Of a stretch of 64,000 nt of DNA, positions 19,142-27,556 are shown one piece after another. The stretch is taken from the IMG/VR virus record IMGVR_UViG_3300032132_000754, positions 104,117 to 168,116 of that record; one strand, given 5' to 3'. The notes beneath the pieces were generated by a model. That model was not told the DNA's origin. It saw only the letters and a list, made by a program, of their open reading frames with translations, and did no database searches. Every line of letters starts with the position of its first letter. Positions within the stretch are counted from its first letter, which is position 1. A program made the translations under genes and the position numbers. The stretch is from a virus.

Positions 19142-19780
19142 ATGAATATTAGAGTCGAACAATCTTTTGTCTTATATGCTCATTGTGAAGTGCACTATGA
19201 AGGTCGTGCTAGGTCTTACTTAAACCCAGGAAATTACTTGATCACTCATAAGAATGACGGAACTCTGAAAATAGATGGTGGGTCGTTGTGTAATCCGTTA
19301 AACTATCAACCGCCTGGAGCAATCCTATATAAGCAAGGCAATCACTTGCTATCGATTAGAAAAGGCGAGAAGATCCTAATAAAGATTTTCGACATTCATT
19401 ATTATCAAGAACTTAAAGAATGGTCTACTAACAAAATCGAGATTACTAAAACCGAAGCACAATTAAGAGACAAATTGATGGAAAATGTCGAAGACGTTCT
19501 TGGCATTAAAGCTAGAGAAATTTTCAAAGAGTTCAAGACACCAGTCGGGCTAGTCGATCTTCTTGTGATCGACGAATACGACACTTATCATGTCATTGAA
19601 GTTAAACGCGGGAAAGCCAACCTAGCAACTTGTAGTCAATTAGAACGTTACGCTTATTACTTCATCTCAATTATGAAAAATGTTAGAGACTACATAGCTA
19701 GTCCAGATATTAGCGATAACGCACTCAGATTTTCTAAAGAAAACTTCCAAAGTTATCTAAAAGTCGAACATGTGTCGTAG
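19142..19780 (+). CDS. nucS: Endonuclease NucS (EndoMS)
   Basis: CEVHYEGRARSYL..K.DGT..PLNYQPP; E.QL; E.KTPVGLVDLL..IEVKR..QLERY. Confidence 0.88.
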   Translation: MNIRVEQSFVLYAHCEVHYEGRARSYLNPGNYLITHKNDGTLKIDGGSLCNPLNYQPPGAILYKQGNHLLSIRKGEKILIKIFDIHYYQELKEWSTNKIEITKTEAQLRDKLMENVEDVLGIKAREIFKEFKTPVGLVDLLVIDEYDTYHVIEVKRGKANLATCSQLERYAYYFISIMKNVRDYIASPDISDNALRFSKENFQSYLKVEHVS

Positions 19781-19788
19781 GAAACAAA

Positions 19789-20091
19789 ATGAACGAAAAA
19801 ATTAAACAATTACTAACGCAATATGACGATGAACTTTCAAAAATGAGAGTTAAACCAAGAATCGTTAAAGATTATTGCGGCGATATTGGCGTTAAAGGTC
19901 TTCAAGACGACATGAATCAGATGGCGCATCTTCGTTATATGATGTCTCAAATGTTAGATGATGAAGAAACTGAATGGAGCGATACAAAGACTAATCGTTG
20001 GCTCGGATTTGTTCAAGGCGTGCTCTGGTGCAACAAATTAAGAGGAATCTTAGAATTACGCGATGAAAGCCGTAATCTTTACGAAGAATAG
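19789..20091 (+). CDS. Hypothetical phage protein
   Basis: HLRYM..KTNRWLGFVQGVL. Confidence 0.7.
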   Translation: MNEKIKQLLTQYDDELSKMRVKPRIVKDYCGDIGVKGLQDDMNQMAHLRYMMSQMLDDEETEWSDTKTNRWLGFVQGVLWCNKLRGILELRDESRNLYEE

Positions 20092-20098
20092 TATTTAA
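20091..20098 (+). promoter_or_regulatory. Class E motif GTATTTAA, 5 nt before ATG 20104
   Basis: GTATTTAA-ACGTT-ATG. Confidence 0.65.
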
Positions 20099-20103
20099 AC
20101 GTT

Positions 20104-20598
20104 ATGAACAAGCCAAAGTACCGTAAATGCCCAAAATGTGGCAAGAAGATGGCCCTACGAAAGTCCCACACTAAAGGGACCAAATTCTGGGGCTGCATGG
20201 CATTCCGAGATGACGGATGCGATGGTACCGCTCCATATCACGGCACAGGAGCCAGAGCAGGGCTGGACTTAGATATTCGAGAGATTGAAAACGGATATAT
20301 CGTAACCCCGTCTCGAAAATATTGCGACAATGTTGAGGATGAAGAATCCCCAGAAAGTTATTGTGGCACCAAAGAAGAACTGCAAGTTTTTCTAGAGACT
20401 TTCCTTAAAGACCAGATCAGTTCGCTTCTTGAACAGATTGAAACTTCTACAGAATTTGTAGATGAAATTGATGAGCAAATCGTCAAAGACGTTAAGGTAA
20501 AAGTGAAACGCCAGGGAACAGCCAAAGGCGATGTCAGCGCATTGTTAGCGAAGATGGCAGCAGCCAAAAAGAAAGCTGAAGCTGGGCAAGAAGCTTAA
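20104..20598 (+). CDS. Topoisomerase-type C4 Zn-ribbon protein
   Basis: CPKCGKKMALR..FWGC..C. Confidence 0.75.
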   Translation: MNKPKYRKCPKCGKKMALRKSHTKGTKFWGCMAFRDDGCDGTAPYHGTGARAGLDLDIREIENGYIVTPSRKYCDNVEDEESPESYCGTKEELQVFLETFLKDQISSLLEQIETSTEFVDEIDEQIVKDVKVKVKRQGTAKGDVSALLAKMAAAKKKAEAGQEA

Positions 20599-21161
20599 GC
20601 CAATCGAACCCAAACATCCGCATGACAGATAGGAGATTCACTTCCAGTAGCGCTAATATATCGGAACCCAATCAAATTTCCAGCCGAAAATGCTACTGGT
20701 GGACTTATAGTAAACGGACTGGTAAGAGGGAACCCGGCACTGTCGACCGCTAATGGTGCACCAATAACAGTGCCGTTCACAGTAACTTCATAAGTAGTAA
20801 CACCGATTGCGCCGTCGTTGTTTATAATGACAAATTCAATTTGCCCATCTACTGGAACAGTATATCCCAGTGTTGGGAATGTACCTAGAGGGATAGCTGG
20901 CAAAATATCTATAGGCCCAGGGCCTGAAATACTAGTATCTGAAAAAGTAAGTTTAGTTAAACCGCTGGTTCCTGTGATTCCTAAATGGTCTTCTGAGCTA
21001 TGGGCTGTCGCGTCGAATGCTTCTGCTGCAGGCACCCCTGTAAATCCAGCATGGTCTATTCCAGAGTGAGCCGCCGTCGTAAGATCGCCAACGCCGGGAA
21101 TCCCAGTGTGGCTAACTCCAGAGTGAGCATTAGTATTAAATGGGTTTCGTCCTTGATACAT
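20595..21161 (-). CDS. Putative small virion fibre protein with His repeats
   Basis: Three HxxxxHxGxxG repeats; TAATG-coupled start at 21161. Confidence 0.65.
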   Translation of the reverse strand: MYQGRNPFNTNAHSGVSHTGIPGVGDLTTAAHSGIDHAGFTGVPAAEAFDATAHSSEDHLGITGTSGLTKLTFSDTSISGPGPIDILPAIPLGTFPTLGYTVPVDGQIEFVIINNDGAIGVTTYEVTVNGTVIGAPLAVDSAGFPLTSPFTISPPVAFSAGNLIGFRYISATGSESPICHADVWVRLA

Positions 21162-23686
21162 TAGAAGATTCTCCATCCGCCAAACGCGAACATTAACACA
21201 AAAGCTTGTTCATCGATATTTACGACAAATTGACTAGTAATGTCCCCATCAATCGCATTGCCGTTACCATCGACCATAACATTATTTGTCGAAGCGTTCA
21301 TGTCTTCGTCTTTAAACCAAATACGATCCCCTTCAACCGGGGTTGGAGGCAATGTCACAGTAAAGCTTGGGTTAGAAGTTTGTAATCCCACATAACGATC
21401 AGTGGTTTGTGCCAAAGTCGTATTAGAAGAAACTTGTGTTAATAACGGCGAACTACTAATTCCAGTTTGACCAGTAGCTCCATCTGGACCAGTAGCTCCA
21501 TCTGGACCAGTAGGTCCGGTTAAGACTCCGCCGCCTGGGCCGATAGTGCTTGGATTGAACCCAAAAACATAAACGTCAAAATCAGCAACAGATCCAACCA
21601 ATAACTCCTGAGCAACATCTAGAGTTAAATTGTCAGCACAGATACTCTTGTCTTTTAAGGTTAGAGAGAAAACGTCCCCGGTTGTGAAAAATCCAGGCAG
21701 TGTTTTAGTAAAAACAATATTGTCTAATCCAGTATCATCGCTGGTTCCTAGACTAATAGACATTGGTGCGCCGCTGGCATCGCCGTTTGTCATTTTCAAA
21801 ACAACCCTAGCGATTATGTGGTCATTGCCGGAATCTAAGAAAACTTGTGTAGAGCCGGGAGTTAAACCATCAAGGCCAACTGCGCTACTCAACATAGTTT
21901 CGGCACTATTAACTAAAGATATGCCAGTTAAACCAGTTGCTCCGATTGGGCCGGTGGGTCCTGTAGCCCCTGGAGCTACAGATGAACCACTTGTGATTTC
22001 ATCCGGATCAAATCCGAAAATATAAACATCAAAAGTGCCAGGGTCAGTACCGCCGAAAGCTTCGTCGATTTCCAGGATTAAATTATCTGTGACGCAAACG
22101 CTCTTGTCTTGCAAGACTAATTGATAAACGTCGTCTGTGTTTTTAAAACCGGAAAGTACTTGATTTGTTACAACGTTATCGAGCCCGGTATCGCCAAGCA
22201 CGCCGATATTAATTTTTAGAGACGAAGCTCCGATATCAACACTGCCACTAGTCATCTTGAAAAGAAGGCGAGTAACAACTTTAGCCCCACTTGTTCCAAT
22301 GCTTAGGATCGAATTGACCCCACCTATTGTTCCATCAATAGAAATCGGAGGCGTTAGTAAAATATCAGAGTTTGCTAACCCTGTGCCAACGTCGCCGGTT
22401 GGACCAACGTCGCCTGTGGGGCCAGTTGAGCCAATGTCGCCGGTCGGGCCAGTAGAACCAGTAACGCCGTCAGGGCCAGTCGGGCCGGTAGCTCCAATTG
22501 TAGAATCACTATCAATAGCGAATACAGCGATTAATTCGTCGTCGGCCATCAGCGGAGCAGCAGAGCCCGTTCCTGTAGGACCTGTTGGTTGCCAAATGAT
22601 TTGTTGGAAATTCGGCCCGGTTAGTTGATAATCTCGGCCAACACCCTGAACCTGGAACATCTTGTTTTGGAACAATCGGACAGCAGTAGGATTGTTGATT
22701 TGAGCTGTAATTGTATCGCTAAGAATCGTATCACCGTCTGATAGAGTGACTTCTTCAGGAACAAGTTCTTGTTGGATTGGAACGATCGGCAAAATGGCTG
22801 AATCTTCGATATAAACCGCGACAAGCTTGTCTTCTGGATCTAATTCTACGCCATGGTTATCGATCAACCAAACGATTTGATTGTTTTCTGGGCCAGTTAG
22901 CGAATAATCTACACCCTGCTCTAAGAACAATCTGTTCAAGAACAAACGGAAAGCTTGTGGGTTGGCTACTTGGAAGGTAACCGACCCAATATTTGTATTT
23001 CCGTCACTAGGGCCGACTCCACCAGTTGGGATAGCGACTTGCTCTTGATGAGGAATGGTGAAAAGATCGCCAGACGGACCAGTAGGCCCGTCAACGCCCG
23101 TTAGACCAGTGGCCCCAGTGGCCCCAGTCATGCCATTTGGTCCGGTTGGCCCAGTATTTCCTAGAGCACCGAATGTGCCAATGTAACGGTAGACGGTGAT
23201 TTTGAGAGGAGTTAATAGACCTAGATCGGATGGTGTAAAACCTTCATCGAACCTAACAATGCCGTTCTTACTATCAACTTGATAGCGTCCATCTGTTAGG
23301 TTGATTACAGTGTTATCGTTTTCGAACAGCGTAAAGAAGTAACCAGCACCGAAAATCTGTGGAGTAATCCATTCTCGTAGTTGCGGGGTAGTTGGGTTTC
23401 CTGGAGTCTGATAAAGAGTCCAAGCTTGCCCGTTAGATAGCGGAACTTCAGTTAGGACTGACAGGGTTAGTTTGTCTACTACTGGGTCTGTAGCGGCTGC
23501 TGCGGCATCGGCTGCTCCTGGCGTTGCAGCGGCTGGGACTGGCTCGGCATAAATATCAGTTAGACGAACCGTAGGCAGCCACGGTAAGCCTTCCTCGAAG
23601 TAATTCTTGTTTGTATTGGTAGATGCTACACCTAGAGATAGCTTATTTGCAATATCTAGTGTTGCTTCGTCGCCAAGCTTAGCCAT
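21161..23686 (-). CDS. Collagen-like (G-P-T/G-A-T) fibre protein with duplicated globular domains
   Basis: Several GPT/GAT tracts; C-terminal VTLP..P.EGD..FKD fibre-tip motif. Confidence 0.8.
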   Translation of the reverse strand: MAKLGDEATLDIANKLSLGVASTNTNKNYFEEGLPWLPTVRLTDIYAEPVPAAATPGAADAAAAATDPVVDKLTLSVLTEVPLSNGQAWTLYQTPGNPTTPQLREWITPQIFGAGYFFTLFENDNTVINLTDGRYQVDSKNGIVRFDEGFTPSDLGLLTPLKITVYRYIGTFGALGNTGPTGPNGMTGATGATGLTGVDGPTGPSGDLFTIPHQEQVAIPTGGVGPSDGNTNIGSVTFQVANPQAFRLFLNRLFLEQGVDYSLTGPENNQIVWLIDNHGVELDPEDKLVAVYIEDSAILPIVPIQQELVPEEVTLSDGDTILSDTITAQINNPTAVRLFQNKMFQVQGVGRDYQLTGPNFQQIIWQPTGPTGTGSAAPLMADDELIAVFAIDSDSTIGATGPTGPDGVTGSTGPTGDIGSTGPTGDVGPTGDVGTGLANSDILLTPPISIDGTIGGVNSILSIGTSGAKVVTRLLFKMTSGSVDIGASSLKINIGVLGDTGLDNVVTNQVLSGFKNTDDVYQLVLQDKSVCVTDNLILEIDEAFGGTDPGTFDVYIFGFDPDEITSGSSVAPGATGPTGPIGATGLTGISLVNSAETMLSSAVGLDGLTPGSTQVFLDSGNDHIIARVVLKMTNGDASGAPMSISLGTSDDTGLDNIVFTKTLPGFFTTGDVFSLTLKDKSICADNLTLDVAQELLVGSVADFDVYVFGFNPSTIGPGGGVLTGPTGPDGATGPDGATGQTGISSSPLLTQVSSNTTLAQTTDRYVGLQTSNPSFTVTLPPTPVEGDRIWFKDEDMNASTNNVMVDGNGNAIDGDITSQFVVNIDEQAFVLMFAFGGWRIF

Positions 23687-23689
23687 ATG

Positions 23690-23959
23690 TTATACACCCA
23701 TCAACTGAATTCGAAGTTCGACTAGTTTTCGTTCATTAACGTAATAAACTTGTGAACAGCGATCAGAGACCTGAAGTTTCAGTTTGAAAGTTCCACCACT
23801 TCTAGATATATGTTCGTTGTCAGACCCATCTAGAGCTGCTTCGACACAGCTAAGCAGATCAGCGCACTCTGAAGCAGATAATTGATGCACAGACTCACCT
23901 CGGCTGTCTCCAGCTTTCAGAAAAATCTCGTTACCTTGTCGTTCTGCTACAAATTTCAT
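23690..23959 (-). CDS. Hypothetical protein
   Basis: 89 aa ORF in structural operon. Confidence 0.6.
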   Translation of the reverse strand: MKFVAERQGNEIFLKAGDSRGESVHQLSASECADLLSCVEAALDGSDNEHISRSGGTFKLKLQVSDRCSQVYYVNERKLVELRIQLMGV

Positions 23960-23962
23960 ATT

Positions 23963-26206
23963 TTACCAGTTTATTGACAATCCTGACCCTGTGCCTACAA
24001 TTTCCGTAGCCGCCGCATCAGCATACGTAATTTCGACAATGATTTGAAAATCAGATCCCGCATCAGTACCAATAGCGCCGAGACTAAATTCAATAGCACC
24101 ATTAATACTAGGACTATTAACACCAGAATTGATCCGACAACCTTCACCATCAGCGCCACCAATCAGAGGAGCACCTGTAGGGAAAGTGCCAGCACTAAAA
24201 GCAATTAAAGCGTCTAACCACACCGTCTTTCCAGGAACCTTAAGGCGAATAGAAACATCACCCGGACCCAAATCAGCGTCAGCAAGACCAGGCAAAGTAA
24301 TAATTCCATTAGTTTGTGATCCAGTCCCAGATCTGAAAACTCGATAATAAGTCCTGTTACCAGGGCTCAAACCAGAATAATCCGGGTTTGGCTGTGGTTC
24401 AAAAGCAGACGTATAATCTGTTTGAGGATAAGCTAAACGATTAGATGGAACGACTTCGGCGCGATATACCTGAAGACTGCCCCCAGCTGCCGTGCCAGTA
24501 AGGTCATCGGCAGAATTCCAAAGGCTAGGATTTAACGCACCAGGGAGAGCTGTTCCGGCGATCGGAGTGTCGAAATCGGTTGAATCAGGTAGACGATAAC
24601 GTTCGTCCACGAATCTATCTAATGTATCTGTGCTATTTGGGCTTACACTCATAATGGCGAAATTACCGCTTGCAGTTGCTAAAGTATAGTTACCATATGG
24701 ATCTCGTGGAGTAATATCAGCATCTGGTTGGAAAATTTGTACCCCACCGCCTGCCGCAACACTAAACGCAGTTACGGCCATCGTTTCACCACGATCTGGT
24801 GGAGTCGAAACACCAGCGACTGCTGGGTCTGTAATTGCGATTCCAGTTGTTGCATCTCCAAAATCGGAAACATCTAAAACATCAGGTATGTTAGTCTGGT
24901 GATAAACATTGTTAAATGGGCGTAGCAATGAAAAATCTAGATCGAACGTCGATCCGGCGTCGTAGTAGGTAATACCGCTTAATTGTTTTGTTACTGGAGT
25001 GTTTTCGACAATGGTTTGCCCAGAAACTGCAGGGTTTGTTGGAACCGTAGGCAGGTCGGCATCATAAAACCATTCCAACAAGTTACTAGTATTAGTAATA
25101 CCGGTAACGTGACGCAGTTGTGCTGAATTGTATCCGTCTACCATCCCAGCAGTGTTTAGAGTGATCCTAGACATGCCTTGTTGGAAAATATCGATTGAAA
25201 CGACACCTGACGGCGCGACAGTTAGAATTTCCAGGGTACCGCCTACAAAAGTGACGACTCCGGAAACCATAGGATCACCAGCGCCCGTAGTGTTATAATC
25301 AGCGGCTACGTTTTGTCCGGCTACACGGTTTAGTTCTACGAAGTTGGCAGCCAAGTCTAATGTGGCTACGTCAACACCGTTAATAGCTAGGATTAAAACT
25401 CCTAAACTTGCAGAACCAAATTGAGCTGCATTAGTGTTGAAGATATAAGATGTGTTTTGTGTGATGTTGTTATATAGGTCGCCTGCGACGGTAGCTGGTG
25501 GATAAACTGCAGCGTTCTGTGAAAGACGGCCAGCGACGAGGGCTGGGAGGCCAGCGATGAGGCTCAAAGCGGGTGGTGGGGCTCCCGCACCTATATACAC
25601 TACTCCAGGTGCTACTTCGGTAGCTACGTGGTCTTGTCCGACCCCTGAATCAGAAATGAATCTAAGCTCTGTGACTTCCGTAGCGATCTGTTCGTTGCCG
25701 CCACCTGGAGTATCAGACGCGACAGTGATGCTAGTTAATTCTGGGCTCCATTCGCCGCTACGGAAGACAAGTCCTTGCCCGTCCACGGCTCCAGTAGTAT
25801 CGACATCTAATAGATCGCCAAGATTGGCGGCTACTGCGGCAGGACCCCAAATGGTGCCATCGAAAGTAAGAACATCTCCAGCGTCTGGAGTTTGTGTACC
25901 GTCTGTATCGACATCTGTTAATGCGTTGAGGGTTAGGTCTCCAGGTACCCAATCTGGCCCTGAGAATTGTAGAACTTGTCCAATGGATGGAGCTGGAGCT
26001 ACGACATCTCCTAAGTCATTGAGATCATTGTTGGTCTCAATGATTGTTAAACGTTCTTCTACTGACCCGCCTGTGAAGTCGTAATTGCCAATTGCGTCCG
26101 TTAGACACTCAAGTTGGGTTTCCTGCTTGTTGTGGTCCGCTGCAGGGATGACTTCGCCATTTTCGCGAATAGTCTTAGAATATGGGAATTGTAGATTGCT
26201 GGCCAT
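23963..26206 (-). CDS. Putative tail/virion structural protein
   Basis: Three L.DL.DV...G.VL.F.G..W.P repeats; DTLDRFVDERYRL. Confidence 0.75.
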   Translation of the reverse strand: MASNLQFPYSKTIRENGEVIPAADHNKQETQLECLTDAIGNYDFTGGSVEERLTIIETNNDLNDLGDVVAPAPSIGQVLQFSGPDWVPGDLTLNALTDVDTDGTQTPDAGDVLTFDGTIWGPAAVAANLGDLLDVDTTGAVDGQGLVFRSGEWSPELTSITVASDTPGGGNEQIATEVTELRFISDSGVGQDHVATEVAPGVVYIGAGAPPPALSLIAGLPALVAGRLSQNAAVYPPATVAGDLYNNITQNTSYIFNTNAAQFGSASLGVLILAINGVDVATLDLAANFVELNRVAGQNVAADYNTTGAGDPMVSGVVTFVGGTLEILTVAPSGVVSIDIFQQGMSRITLNTAGMVDGYNSAQLRHVTGITNTSNLLEWFYDADLPTVPTNPAVSGQTIVENTPVTKQLSGITYYDAGSTFDLDFSLLRPFNNVYHQTNIPDVLDVSDFGDATTGIAITDPAVAGVSTPPDRGETMAVTAFSVAAGGGVQIFQPDADITPRDPYGNYTLATASGNFAIMSVSPNSTDTLDRFVDERYRLPDSTDFDTPIAGTALPGALNPSLWNSADDLTGTAAGGSLQVYRAEVVPSNRLAYPQTDYTSAFEPQPNPDYSGLSPGNRTYYRVFRSGTGSQTNGIITLPGLADADLGPGDVSIRLKVPGKTVWLDALIAFSAGTFPTGAPLIGGADGEGCRINSGVNSPSINGAIEFSLGAIGTDAGSDFQIIVEITYADAAATEIVGTGSGLSINW

Positions 26207-26226
26207 TTATACTACCCGTTTTATAT

Positions 26227-26370
26227 TTAACCAGCATTCTGTTCAGCTAAAGTTTCCCCTTTATAGAACGAATCAGGACGAAAGGCGAGCGGTACTGACT
26301 CTACAGGCTCATCTATAGCTGTGCCAAATTTAGTTGTTATAAATTTAGGTTGAACGGTTTGGGTGCCCAT
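26227..26370 (-). CDS. 47-aa hypothetical protein (absent from ORF track)
   Basis: MGTQTVQPKFITTKFGTAIDEPVESVPLAFRPDSFYKGETLAEQNAG fills the gap. Confidence 0.55.
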   Translation of the reverse strand: MGTQTVQPKFITTKFGTAIDEPVESVPLAFRPDSFYKGETLAEQNAG

Positions 26371-27128
26371 GTGCCATCTCGCATTTCGGTTAATGTTTTA
26401 ATTCGATTGGCACATCCTTCGATCATTATCTCTAGTTGTGCAGAAATAGCTTCATTATCAGTGCTTTCCATAGCATCTAGATAACCTCTTACCGCTTCCT
26501 TTTCAAGTTCGATGCAATCATCGACTTTTTGCGGTAGTTCTTCTGTGTCGTTGGCCTCTGATTCAACACCATTTCGTGTGAATAAGATATCTGGCTCTTT
26601 AAAGCTTAAGTCCATCATCTCTTGAATAGAACTGTCAAGCCTATTTTGGAACGTTCCTTCCTCGAAGGTATCGTTTTCTTTCTTCTTTTTCTTTTTCTTT
26701 TTCTTCTTACCACCCTCGCCGTCACCTTCATAGGTAAAAGCAGTCTTGTTACGTCTAAAAGAACTAGGGTGTTGGGACTGGGATCTGGCCAACTTATTGG
26801 TTGGGCCTTTAAATTGGTCTTCTTGCATTTCTTCCTCTTCTTGGATGGACAAAATAGTAAACTTGAACAAAGGATTATAAGTAGAGACGTTAAAATCATT
26901 CTCTTTTAAATCATTATAATTTACTGAGCTACCGTTATAGCTTAATTCGACTTGTCTATCCTTTACAAAGTTGCTCATATGGCGCAAAGTGTTTACAATG
27001 TCTTTGCTATCTAAAAGTCGATATCCTTGTACGTTGTAATAATCTGCATCGATACTGTAATCAATATTATTGATACGACAATGCTGGTCAAATTCGTCAT
27101 AGACTTCTTTTAACCGATCATGAATCAT
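26337..27128 (-). CDS. Hypothetical protein with poly-Lys tract and ferritin-like C-terminal helices
   Basis: GKKKKKKKKKKE; ELEKEAVRGY..LEIMIE. Confidence 0.65.
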   Translation of the reverse strand: MIHDRLKEVYDEFDQHCRINNIDYSIDADYYNVQGYRLLDSKDIVNTLRHMSNFVKDRQVELSYNGSSVNYNDLKENDFNVSTYNPLFKFTILSIQEEEEMQEDQFKGPTNKLARSQSQHPSSFRRNKTAFTYEGDGEGGKKKKKKKKKKENDTFEEGTFQNRLDSSIQEMMDLSFKEPDILFTRNGVESEANDTEELPQKVDDCIELEKEAVRGYLDAMESTDNEAISAQLEIMIEGCANRIKTLTEMRDGTWAPKPFNLNL

Positions 27129-27556
27129 CTTAAAGACTTATACCTACTAAAATATTTTACCATAGCGTCAACTAAAGGATCGACTTGATTGCTAAGATTT
27201 AGAGCGTGACCATTATTTCGCATGAAACGGCGTCCGTGTTGGTTGCCGTCGAAGACCCACATAGCTTTTTCTAAATCTGGTTTGCAACTCAAGTTCGTTG
27301 AACGATAACCAGCCGACATTCTACCATCACCAAGATTAACCATTAACTGAGGCAAGCGCTTACGCAGACCTTTAGCTAATTCAATGTTATACTCTTCAGT
27401 TGCATGACGAACATGCATCTCAAGTTCAGTGACTCGATCTTTAGCGTCTTGAAGCTCTTTGGAAAGTTCGATAATTAGATCGTACTTTCCTTTAGCATCG
27501 CCAGGACCATTGAAACTATCAAGTTGCTCGTTTAAAGCATCGCCAAATTCTTTCAT
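27125..27556 (-). CDS. Hypothetical protein
   Basis: MKEFGDALNE..; translationally coupled in operon. Confidence 0.7.
   Translation of the reverse strand: MKEFGDALNEQLDSFNGPGDAKGKYDLIIELSKELQDAKDRVTELEMHVRHATEEYNIELAKGLRKRLPQLMVNLGDGRMSAGYRSTNLSCKPDLEKAMWVFDGNQHGRRFMRNNGHALNLSNQVDPLVDAMVKYFSRYKSLR

Noticed and set aside
26230-26336. Hammerhead ribozyme or ncRNA in an apparent gap
   Set aside because: No intact CUGANGA/GAAA core on one strand; the gap is explained by a 47-aa ORF (26227-26370, minus strand).
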